The notes under the pieces: model-generated | Database searches by the model: none | Told to the model about the DNA's origin: nothing | The model's input: the letters and a program-made list of their open reading frames with translations, nothing else | Made by a program: the position numbers and the translations under genes | In this document: piece by piece, positions 1 through 8,282 of the stretch | Position numbering within the stretch: the stretch's first letter is position 1 | Layout: each line of letters opens with the position of its first letter | IMG/VR virus record: IMGVR_UViG_3300027702_000001 | DNA length: 64,000 nt | Origin: a virus | Reading direction: 5' to 3' (one strand)

Positions 1-59
1 ACAAGTTTAAGCAAGAAATCGAAGTTTTCTTGTGCTTCTTCTACAGATACTCTAATCAT
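1..59 (-). CDS. Partial ORF running off the window edge; N-terminus resembles Phd/YefM-type proteins
   Basis: Hand translation MIRVSVEEAQENFDFLLKL; only 19 residues visible. Confidence 0.35.
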   Translation of the reverse strand, partial: MIRVSVEEAQENFDFLLKL

Positions 60-64
60 TGTTT

Positions 65-214
65 TTAGTGGTCGTGGTCATCAAATGGATCGTCAAGTCC
101 CTCGTTATCGAAGAACCCTTTGTAGACACCATAGAGAACAAACATCACAACGATAACCATAATGGAGATCGGAAAGGTGATGTTTGGATCAGCGTTGTAG
201 TGAGGGATCATCAT
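65..214 (-). CDS. psbN: PsbN-like photosystem II assembly microprotein (49 aa)
   Basis: Hand translation MMIPHYNADPNITFPISIMVIVVMFVLYGVYKGFFDNEGLDDPFDDHDH: one TM helix plus C-terminal L-x-DPFDDH motif typical of PsbN; ATGA overlap with upstream ORF; absent from ORF track. Confidence 0.65.
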   Translation of the reverse strand: MMIPHYNADPNITFPISIMVIVVMFVLYGVYKGFFDNEGLDDPFDDHDH

Positions 215-414
215 AGCAAATAACAAATAGATTCGGTGTCAACTGCGCCTTGGACATTAGTTACGGATTCTCGGAATCCTTCTGCTCCTTCTTCGGTGAA
301 CTGATACCGAATCTTTTCAATGTTTCCATCACTAACTTGTATGGACAGGGTGCGTTTCGGAAAATTGATCCAAACATAATCAACGTACAGGTGGTCTAGG
401 TACTCGTCAGTCAT
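211..414 (-). CDS. Hypothetical protein
   Basis: ORF track 211..432; likely start MTDEY at 414 by ATGA coupling. Confidence 0.5.
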   Translation of the reverse strand: MTDEYLDHLYVDYVWINFPKRTLSIQVSDGNIEKIRYQFTEEGAEGFRESVTNVQGAVDTESICYLL

Positions 415-566
415 TTGTATGTAGGATAGCAATCGATAACTTGCAGACCATACATAGATGCTGCGGTTTGACGTGCCTCTTGTGCAGAGAACACTTCGTC
501 AATTATAACACGTTTGATTGGACCGTTGGGTCTACGAAGAAGAACTTCGTACTTCCTTGCAGGCAT
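411..566 (-). CDS. Hypothetical protein (51 aa)
   Basis: Hand translation MPARKYEVLLRRPNGPIKRVIIDEVFSAQEARQTAASMYGLQVIDCYPTYK; stop overlaps next start. Confidence 0.5.
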   Translation of the reverse strand: MPARKYEVLLRRPNGPIKRVIIDEVFSAQEARQTAASMYGLQVIDCYPTYK

Positions 567-596
567 TGAATTCTTGTGACTGACCTTAGTATAGCA

Positions 597-3053
597 CTAA
601 TTCAGCATAATGGGTAGTCCAACGAACTGTGCTAGACCACCTGTGCAACCTGCTGTGTAGACTCCAGTTCCAACTGTATATGCCATAGCACCGTTGTTGA
701 CAGTGTTTAGGATGGCACCACCTGCTCCTGTAACGAATTCTCCGATACCACCTTTAGGTGTTTTAACCAGAGTCAAGTGACCACCACCTGTACCTGTAAC
801 TAGATCCACCATACCCCCAGGTTGTCCTGTACACTCAGCAATACGAACGTGTGCAGCAGGGAGAGGTGATGTACCTGCTCCTGATCCACAGATAGTAAGG
901 TCAAGACCTTTGATCATTGTGCATCTACCTGTCAATCCAGGGATTACATTAGTCATTCCGATGTTCTGGAAAATGACATTGTTAATAAACTCAGACTTCC
1001 ACGCTGCTTCATTGATGATCTCACCAGAAACAGTGTTCATTAATGTTGTACACTTATTATTAATTGCTGAAGCGTTGAAACTCAACTCATTGTGAGCATT
1101 CAATTTGATATTTGCTGCTTGAATCTGATAATCACCCTCATAAGCAACGTTATAATCTGATGAATATGTTTGTGCTGCTTTGGATTGCTTTGCACCTGAT
1201 GCAGGTTCACCCGTCTTTGGATCTGTCTCAACATTTTGTGAGAGGTGAGTATTGAATGCTCCACCAACCTCAAGGTTGAAATCACCCATAACTTTGAGGT
1301 TAAGATCACCCTCAACAGTCAGAGTTTTATTCTTCTTGACAGTCTTGCAATCATCTCTACCAATGATCTTTGTATCATTTCCAGGGACGTTTGTATGTTG
1401 GTCACCCAACACGGTGGCGATCACAGTCTGACCACCTGCGTGCTGAACAATAGTTTTCTCTTTTCCTGGGGTGTTGTCTTGAATAGTTTTTGCACCGTTC
1501 AAGAATGATTCTGCTTGTGTAGCATATACATCAAGATTCGTGAAAAGATTACTGAGGTAACTTCCCTTCTTCTTATTGTTTTTTCCACCACCAGTATAAA
1601 CAGTTACCTCTTCTTCTAAGAAGTCTGGAACACTAGCACACGTCGTTGTACCCAACAAGGGCATCCAGAATTTAATTTTCGGTCGTTTAATCTTCCTCCC
1701 GCAATCTCTGTTTCCAAACAGTGCTGCAAGGATACCAAGAATGATTGAAACAAGTGATTGGAAGTTTAACTTAGAGAAATCAAATTCAAAAAGAGTATCT
1801 AGTGTACCTTTAATTTTACGAGCAACACCAGTTGCATTCTTTGCCATAGCAAGTGCTGATGTGATCTTATTAGCAACTCCAGAAACTTTACCAATAGCAC
1901 CTTGAACCTTACCAATAACTGCGTTAACTGTATCAGTAACTTTATCAGCAAAACCACCGACAACTTTAGTAACTACCTTGCCTGCAATATCATTGGCGAA
2001 TCCACTAATATCTCCAAGTGCACTCTGAAGTCCTTTGATAATATAATTTGCTTCGAAGTTACAGAACAAGTTGGTAATGAAGTCTGCAAGTTTTAGGATT
2101 GAAGAGATAACTCCTGTAGGGACAACATTACTAATAGCAGACATAATCTTATCCATAATTGCCTCGATGCCTTTTGCAAGCATCTGTTTCAAGGAACTTA
2201 GGATACCAGTCATAGCAGAAGAAACATAGTTCTTGATGCCTGTCATCGATTCATTCATCACATCGTTGAAAACCTTCTTACCAGTAATCAATGAAGTGAG
2301 ATTACCATCTAAGTCAGTCGCGAGTGTGCCGCTAAGATTGCCGAACTCTGTCAGCATTCTTTGTAGGTCTTTTTCAAAACCGTCCCCACTTGGACCGACC
2401 GCTCCATCAGCAACACCTTGTGCTTCTGCAGGAACCTTAGTAGGGTTTGTGTATGGATTTCCAGGTAGTTGTTGCTCTAGGATTGAAAGCAATCCTCTAG
2501 ACTTTTCTTCACCACCACCCTCGTCACCAACCTGTTGACTTGGATCTACGTTAAATGAAGTACCTTGGTGTGAAACTTGTCCTTTTACATCTTTTGATGC
2601 AGGTGGCATTGAATCATCGTCAAGTGCCTCATCATTAGATGCAATAGTAGTTGCACTGATCTTCTCATCTGACGTAGGTGTAGTATCTCCCGTTTTGGGA
2701 TCACTCATACCACGGAATCCACGAAGGGATCCCATCACAACAGGAAGTTGTGCTTCTTCACCATCTAAAAAGAAACCTAGAACCTGTGCACCAACCTGCA
2801 GTTCAGTCTTAGTACCAGTATTCTTGATACCTGCCTGATCTGTAGGAAGCATAACAACTGCCCACGGTAAATCTGCAGTAGGGACTTTATCAAGATACGA
2901 TTCACCGCCAGCACCAGTGTACCAACCGACAATACGCACTTTGACCCTACCGATCATCTGAGGATCTTTAATAGACTCGACTTCTCCGATCCACCAAGTG
3001 AACCCGTCGCGTCCCATTACATCAGATTTTCCGATAGCAGCAGTTAAACTCAC
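597..3053 (-). CDS. gp5: Baseplate hub/central spike protein gp5 (no lysozyme domain evident)
   Basis: N-terminal OB-fold signature FTWWIGEVESIKDPQMIGRVKVRIVGWY...LPWAVVMLPT...GFFLDGEEAQLPVVMGS; C-terminal beta-helix-like repeats (DTKIIGRDDCKTVKKNKTLTVEGDLNLKV). Confidence 0.9.
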   Translation of the reverse strand: MSLTAAIGKSDVMGRDGFTWWIGEVESIKDPQMIGRVKVRIVGWYTGAGGESYLDKVPTADLPWAVVMLPTDQAGIKNTGTKTELQVGAQVLGFFLDGEEAQLPVVMGSLRGFRGMSDPKTGDTTPTSDEKISATTIASNDEALDDDSMPPASKDVKGQVSHQGTSFNVDPSQQVGDEGGGEEKSRGLLSILEQQLPGNPYTNPTKVPAEAQGVADGAVGPSGDGFEKDLQRMLTEFGNLSGTLATDLDGNLTSLITGKKVFNDVMNESMTGIKNYVSSAMTGILSSLKQMLAKGIEAIMDKIMSAISNVVPTGVISSILKLADFITNLFCNFEANYIIKGLQSALGDISGFANDIAGKVVTKVVGGFADKVTDTVNAVIGKVQGAIGKVSGVANKITSALAMAKNATGVARKIKGTLDTLFEFDFSKLNFQSLVSIILGILAALFGNRDCGRKIKRPKIKFWMPLLGTTTCASVPDFLEEEVTVYTGGGKNNKKKGSYLSNLFTNLDVYATQAESFLNGAKTIQDNTPGKEKTIVQHAGGQTVIATVLGDQHTNVPGNDTKIIGRDDCKTVKKNKTLTVEGDLNLKVMGDFNLEVGGAFNTHLSQNVETDPKTGEPASGAKQSKAAQTYSSDYNVAYEGDYQIQAANIKLNAHNELSFNASAINNKCTTLMNTVSGEIINEAAWKSEFINNVIFQNIGMTNVIPGLTGRCTMIKGLDLTICGSGAGTSPLPAAHVRIAECTGQPGGMVDLVTGTGGGHLTLVKTPKGGIGEFVTGAGGAILNTVNNGAMAYTVGTGVYTAGCTGGLAQFVGLPIMLN

Positions 3054-3071
3054 AGCGATATATAGTTTTTA

Positions 3072-3206
3072 TTATTTAGCAAGTGACTCAACATAGTTAT
3101 TAAAACTCTCTGACATACGGTGATAACCGCTGCCAATATAAATTTGTCCTGCCACAACAGCAACAGTACAGAGTCCCCAAAAGATGTAGTAAGGTGATGA
3201 TTTCAC
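3072..3206 (-). CDS. Small single-TM hypothetical protein (44 aa, GTG start)
   Basis: Hand translation MKSSPYYIFWGLCTVAVVAGQIYIGSGYHRMSESFNNYVESLAK. Confidence 0.45.
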   Translation of the reverse strand: MKSSPYYIFWGLCTVAVVAGQIYIGSGYHRMSESFNNYVESLAK

Positions 3207-3226
3207 TTGATGAAAATGCTTTTTCT

Positions 3227-3385
3227 TCATTGACGTGGATAATAAACTTCAACAAATGAGTTGCACTTAGGACAACTCAGATTAGTAACCATAGAATACT
3301 CCGACGAGGTGACTGGATAGTCTTCTTCATCGAGACTATGGTCACCTCCCCAGATTAACTCAGTTTGGCAATGCCAACAATTCAT
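3227..3385 (-). CDS. Small Zn-ribbon protein
   Basis: MNCWHC...CPKC two CxxC pairs; ATGA-coupled to upstream ORF. Confidence 0.6.
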   Translation of the reverse strand: MNCWHCQTELIWGGDHSLDEEDYPVTSSEYSMVTNLSCPKCNSFVEVYYPRQ

Positions 3386-4071
3386 TTGATGTATTTGTTT
3401 TTGAGTAACCACTTCCTTGTGAGAGGAGTGGGTGAGTAATGTTCCCACATAGGAGTATTTGATGCACAGACTTTAAGTGCTTGTGCAGTCATACCCTCTG
3501 TGTGCCCTGCCCAAAACGCTTCCTTTTCCCAAGGGATTGCCGAGGGTTGTTGGAAATACGTTTTCTCTGCCATATTCTGCCACATTTTAGGAACTTGGTC
3601 CTCTGGGTGAATAATAGCGATCAATGAATTGTTAAGGGTACCTGCCATACAATCCTGAGCAGCGTGCCAACCTTCGTGCCTGACTACTGCCATAAACACG
3701 TGAGGACGACTGACGTGTGCCTCATTTAGATAGAAATGATTACTCACAGTATGGTAAACACCTCTATGTCCAACAGGAAAATACTTTGGACTTGCAATAT
3801 AAACGTTAATTCCTAATTTGTCAAATGATCTTGAAAGACTATTAAACTCTTCTCTAACTGTATTGAAGTTTTGGTTAGAAAAAATCTTTTGTACATCGTC
3901 CGTATTACGGACTCTCTTTACATCTTCAGTACACTCCTGCAGGAGCATACATCCCATAGCATCATTTGTAAACCATCCTTTAGTAATTTTACCTTCAATA
4001 GGTTTTGGTAGGGGGTTTGCTGCTACAGGTAAACTCAAACTCAACAATGTCGCCAATAGGACATTACGCAT
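3382..4071 (-). CDS. Secreted putative zinc metallopeptidase
   Basis: Signal peptide MRNVLLATLLSLSLPVAA; HExxH motif VRHEGWHAAQDC; downstream EKEA. Confidence 0.6.
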   Translation of the reverse strand: MRNVLLATLLSLSLPVAANPLPKPIEGKITKGWFTNDAMGCMLLQECTEDVKRVRNTDDVQKIFSNQNFNTVREEFNSLSRSFDKLGINVYIASPKYFPVGHRGVYHTVSNHFYLNEAHVSRPHVFMAVVRHEGWHAAQDCMAGTLNNSLIAIIHPEDQVPKMWQNMAEKTYFQQPSAIPWEKEAFWAGHTEGMTAQALKVCASNTPMWEHYSPTPLTRKWLLKNKYIK

Positions 4072-4693
4072 ACGAAATCCATCCAGTTACAATTAGTTTT
4101 TCTTCATTTGGTGCGGGGTTACCGTGATGGATATGTGTCCAATCTACAGGCCACAACAGGGTTAAACCCTTTTCTGGTTGAATCTGTAGGTCTTGATGAA
4201 CCCATTGTGTATCACCACCTTCCTCCACGGTGTTTAGGTAGGTCATCCAGACAAGATGTCTGAACGATGTGGTCTTATTTGAACCCACTCTTTCGCAGTG
4301 GGGTTGTGTAAATGCTTGCCCTGGTTCATACTTCTGGATATTGAATGGTTCGATAACCTCCAAATCCGCCATTTTTGCCCAGGGATATTGATCGACGTAC
4401 AATTGAATGCACGCTTGTACCTCATCCAAATAATTTGTAATTCTCGGATCTTTGATCCAAGATGGAACAGACATATCCGTGGAGTTCTTGATCAGTGGAT
4501 CAGTTCCACCACTATATTCACCAGGGACTTTGGCAAGATAATCACAGGTGTTGTAAAAATCCACTACACCGTCAATGATTTCTTCTTTTATTTTGCCACC
4601 TGCAATAAACGATTGTACTGCTGCCATAATAATAGATGATAGGTTATTAGTCTTCATAAACCAGACATTCTGGTTCTGAAGGGTTTTGATCAC
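4064..4693 (-). CDS. 2OG-Fe(II) oxygenase
   Basis: NIQKYEPG..PHCE, MTYLNTVEEGGDT, WPVDWTHIHHG, KLIVTGW. Confidence 0.85.
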   Translation of the reverse strand: MIKTLQNQNVWFMKTNNLSSIIMAAVQSFIAGGKIKEEIIDGVVDFYNTCDYLAKVPGEYSGGTDPLIKNSTDMSVPSWIKDPRITNYLDEVQACIQLYVDQYPWAKMADLEVIEPFNIQKYEPGQAFTQPHCERVGSNKTTSFRHLVWMTYLNTVEEGGDTQWVHQDLQIQPEKGLTLLWPVDWTHIHHGNPAPNEEKLIVTGWISYA

Positions 4694-4874
4694 AATAAAG
4701 TTCTAGGTAAGTAGGATCGTGATGATCTCCTGCTTCAATTTCCTTTTTGTGATGTTCTGCGTAATCTTCCAAGTCGTGAAGTTCGCCCTCGATGTGACGA
4801 CGAGTCTGAGGACTTGTCTGTGGATTATCGAGAATCTCTTTATCTTTTTGAATGTGGTCTTCGATGTTTTTCAT
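4647..4874 (-). CDS. cp12: CP12 Calvin cycle inhibitor
   Basis: C-terminal CP12 motif LELYCDQNPSEPECLVYED. Confidence 0.85.
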   Translation of the reverse strand: MKNIEDHIQKDKEILDNPQTSPQTRRHIEGELHDLEDYAEHHKKEIEAGDHHDPTYLELYCDQNPSEPECLVYED

Positions 4875-4884
4875 TAGGTCTCCT

Positions 4885-6252
4885 TTATGAGGTTACACTA
4901 TCTTTAGATAGTTGTAAGTGGGTAGTTAATCCAGTAGGACTATAGTCGTGTTTTAGTCCTACGACAAGATAACGTCCCGAATATACAGGATCCAATACAG
5001 TTCTTTCCTCTACGTTAGAAGATGCAGGAATTTTACATTGAATTACCATACCGACAGCCAATGATACATTACCTGGGATGGTTATGTCAAGTCTTATGGA
5101 GTTAAGTAACTGCCATCGAGAATACGAGTATGAACTCGCTGCGATGGTATCATTATCCATATTTCCTGCAGTATCGGTTCCATCTTGAGACGTTTTCGCA
5201 TTCTTCATTCCAGGTAGAGCACGGATTTTAACTCTGGTAGGTTTTTTCTCATCAAAGTATGCTTCCTTGATCTTAGGAAAAGGGAAAGCATCATTAAGTG
5301 TTTCTGCCTGTCCAAATACCTCAAGTAATGATTGAGTCCTTGGCGGTGAGATTGAACCAGAGGGTCCACTCTTTCCACTCCCTGCTGTAGGGAGATTACC
5401 TGAAGTGAGTGCAGGTGCTTTAACACCGATAACGGTATTTACATATGCACCAGTTCGCATTTTTTCCAGATGGTTGCCCTGATCTGGATAATTCATACTT
5501 TCGATACTGTAAGCATTATACTCGGCATTGCCGACATTTGCTTGTTCATATGTGAACGTCGGGATAGTTCCCTTGTTCATTAATTCTCCCTTGGTAAGAG
5601 TATCTATAGTATTAAAATAGAACCCATTCTTGTTTTCAAAGAACAAATATCCTGCCTTGTTGTTTTCAGATGAAACAATTTTATCAGAAATATATGCAAT
5701 AACATCAAATGGTCTCCAAGAGGGAGATATAAAATTGAAGTTACCTTTAGAACCTTCGTACGAATATTTCCGTCCAGATGACTTCAAAAACTTATCGACA
5801 ATTTCTTTTACGTGAGTTGATCCAGTCTTATATCTAAATGCTTTGAACACTCTATTTGTTTCATTGTTATATGCTTCTGGTGAAACTGTAAATATCACAT
5901 ATGATTGTGCTCTTTCAGATTTAGTTACCGCACCAATCTTAAAAATACGTTGTCTGACGATTAGAGGTTGATCTGGAGCACTATCTGACTCTAGTTCTAG
6001 TTGGATAAATTCATTACCAGTTAGATCAGAAATCAAGTCAATAGTGTCCATTATCGCAATCTCCATTCTGACCGAAGGAGAATCAATAGACTCAATGTAA
6101 TTAAATCCAGGGCAGACACCTCTAATATCTACTGCCTTTCCCCCGTCAGGTGACAGTTCCTGAATCTTTTCTGATGGAACATAGTCATCTGCCAAATACA
6201 GATTAAACTGTTTAATTTTATACCCTTTTGCTTGGTACGTTGATTCAGACAT
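4885..6252 (-). CDS. Baseplate hub protein (gp27-like)
   Basis: 455 aa within the tail module; FNYIESIDSPSV...G.EFI N-terminus, YLFFENKNGFYF and C-terminal ITIPGNVSLAVG..SGRYLVVGLKH typical of hub proteins. Confidence 0.6.
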   Translation of the reverse strand: MSESTYQAKGYKIKQFNLYLADDYVPSEKIQELSPDGGKAVDIRGVCPGFNYIESIDSPSVRMEIAIMDTIDLISDLTGNEFIQLELESDSAPDQPLIVRQRIFKIGAVTKSERAQSYVIFTVSPEAYNNETNRVFKAFRYKTGSTHVKEIVDKFLKSSGRKYSYEGSKGNFNFISPSWRPFDVIAYISDKIVSSENNKAGYLFFENKNGFYFNTIDTLTKGELMNKGTIPTFTYEQANVGNAEYNAYSIESMNYPDQGNHLEKMRTGAYVNTVIGVKAPALTSGNLPTAGSGKSGPSGSISPPRTQSLLEVFGQAETLNDAFPFPKIKEAYFDEKKPTRVKIRALPGMKNAKTSQDGTDTAGNMDNDTIAASSYSYSRWQLLNSIRLDITIPGNVSLAVGMVIQCKIPASSNVEERTVLDPVYSGRYLVVGLKHDYSPTGLTTHLQLSKDSVTS

Positions 6253-8279
6253 CAGAACAGATTACTCAGTACACTAGCGGATTCAGCAACTCTACCAAAC
6301 CTACTAGACAAGAAGTCAGTCGCTGGATTGGGTCTACCTTTTTGTACAACAGGGGCACCGCCACCACCACCTGAACTAGTTTTAGCAGTAGGTAGTACGA
6401 TTGCATCAGCAACCATAGTCTCTATACTAGAATTTAGGTCCTCAGTCTTGACCTTAGTGGCAATACTCTTGATATTTGCAACTGTTTTGCTAATAATATT
6501 ACCAGTTCTTTCTTTAAGTGCAGGTGGCATAATATCAACAACCCTATTCACAACACCACCAATATTCTGTGCAGCAACATTGATATGTGGTTGCATAAAG
6601 TTCATTGCTGCCTGTGCACCTGGGGGTAGAGTTGCCGATCCCATTGCTGTCCCTATACCTTTCAACATACCACCAAATGAATATCCTTTATATTGTCCGT
6701 AATTTGATGGGGGTAGTGATGAAACTGCTGTTGACTTTTTAGATCCGAAATCAAAAGGAACTGTACCACCCATAGAAAATCCAGGGACTTTATATCCTGC
6801 AGAAGTTGCTTGTTGAATTCTTCTACTAGTAAGTCCAGGGTCTTTCTTAGTATGAGGGGTATTAAATGGAACAACAAAACCCCCAGAGGATCTTTGTGCC
6901 ACATATTCAGTTCCGTGTCCGATAAAGGATACAGACTTACCACCATCGAGTGATACTGGGTAACCTGATTGTGGTCCAGAGATCCAACCACCATTCGACT
7001 TCTCAGGTAGAACTGCAGTCTGTGGTCGAATCAGACCACCTATTGACATCTCTTGTTGTTCTTCTGCGTTATCTGCTGCTGCAGCGTCCATTCTCTCCTG
7101 CACCCCAGGAATCATCTTGAGGAAACCAGTCAACCCTTCGATCATTTTGATCAGTGGGAAGAATGCCGCTTTACCCATAAATTCGGCAAACGACAGTAAT
7201 TTAGGTAGATGTGGTTTGATCGCATCTACTATCATCTGCAATGGAGGACCCACTGCTTTGAAAAGTTCTGAAATTGCCTCTCTTAAAGGTTTAAAGAACG
7301 TGTCAAGTGTCTCCATCATAAAGTCAAATGCTTCCTTAATAGTATTGAAGAAATTACCAACTATAGGTCCAAGGAACTTGCCTGCCTCTTTTCCTAGTAA
7401 TCCACCAACAGCGTTACCAATCAAACCACCGATAGGACCTGCAATCTTATTACCGATCATACCAAGTGCCATAGCACCACCACCTGCACCAATACCAGCA
7501 CCTCTCGCCGCTGCCATCCTATCTTCTTCAACACCGTCATAGTTCTCTGCTACATCCTGATATGCCAAGACTCCCTGTGTGCCTGCTAGTGCTAACTGAC
7601 CCAGAGGGTTGCCACCAAGGAATTTACCCAGATTCAGGATACCTTTACCAATGGTACTAATAATACTGGTAAATGCTTGGATAGTTCCAATAGGATTCTT
7701 CAGGAACGATAAACCTGCTAATACAGCAAGTCCTGCACCAAGCATTTTTGCTGCTGCTTGGAATCTAGTCCATCCATCACTATCTTCACCAAATAACTCA
7801 CCATATTTCTGTTTCCACCAATTTATCGTGTCTCCAATCCACTTGAAGAACCCACTTACCATCTCAAACGCTTTTACTATCTTCTCTCGATTCTCTTTCT
7901 TAGATAACCAATTGAGTGCACCGAATAGGAACAGGTTTTTAAGGAACTTCATCAGATAGTCCATAAATCCCAAACCAGCACCCTTTGTGGCACTGATTGC
8001 ACTATCTGCAGTATCTCCTTTTGCTTCTATCGCTGCTTCTCTTTGTCTGTCTGCTTGAAGAGCAGCAAAGCGGCGCTGCTCATCCATAAGTCTTTGTTGT
8101 GCTACTTGGTTCTTCTTCAGTGCAAGACCAATACTATTTACAGTCGCTCCTAGGGAATTAATTGCTTTAACTGTCGGGACGAAACCTGTGGTGGTAAATG
8201 TTTTTTTACCGACAGTCATCTGTGCACCATCTGCCTCTTTAGGTGGTGTGACGTATTTGTATAGTCTTATCTTACTCAT
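6252..8279 (-). CDS. Tape-measure-like/baseplate hub tail protein (paralog 1)
   Basis: Coiled-coil N-terminus, Gly/Ala-rich glycine-zipper segments, xxGG repeats; position between gp26/gp51 and hub gene. Confidence 0.55.
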   Translation of the reverse strand: MSKIRLYKYVTPPKEADGAQMTVGKKTFTTTGFVPTVKAINSLGATVNSIGLALKKNQVAQQRLMDEQRRFAALQADRQREAAIEAKGDTADSAISATKGAGLGFMDYLMKFLKNLFLFGALNWLSKKENREKIVKAFEMVSGFFKWIGDTINWWKQKYGELFGEDSDGWTRFQAAAKMLGAGLAVLAGLSFLKNPIGTIQAFTSIISTIGKGILNLGKFLGGNPLGQLALAGTQGVLAYQDVAENYDGVEEDRMAAARGAGIGAGGGAMALGMIGNKIAGPIGGLIGNAVGGLLGKEAGKFLGPIVGNFFNTIKEAFDFMMETLDTFFKPLREAISELFKAVGPPLQMIVDAIKPHLPKLLSFAEFMGKAAFFPLIKMIEGLTGFLKMIPGVQERMDAAAADNAEEQQEMSIGGLIRPQTAVLPEKSNGGWISGPQSGYPVSLDGGKSVSFIGHGTEYVAQRSSGGFVVPFNTPHTKKDPGLTSRRIQQATSAGYKVPGFSMGGTVPFDFGSKKSTAVSSLPPSNYGQYKGYSFGGMLKGIGTAMGSATLPPGAQAAMNFMQPHINVAAQNIGGVVNRVVDIMPPALKERTGNIISKTVANIKSIATKVKTEDLNSSIETMVADAIVLPTAKTSSGGGGGAPVVQKGRPNPATDFLSSRFGRVAESASVLSNLF

Positions 8280-8282
8280 AGT

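Noticed and set aside
1-59. Toxin-antitoxin system
   Set aside because: Only 19 residues visible and no toxin partner in the window
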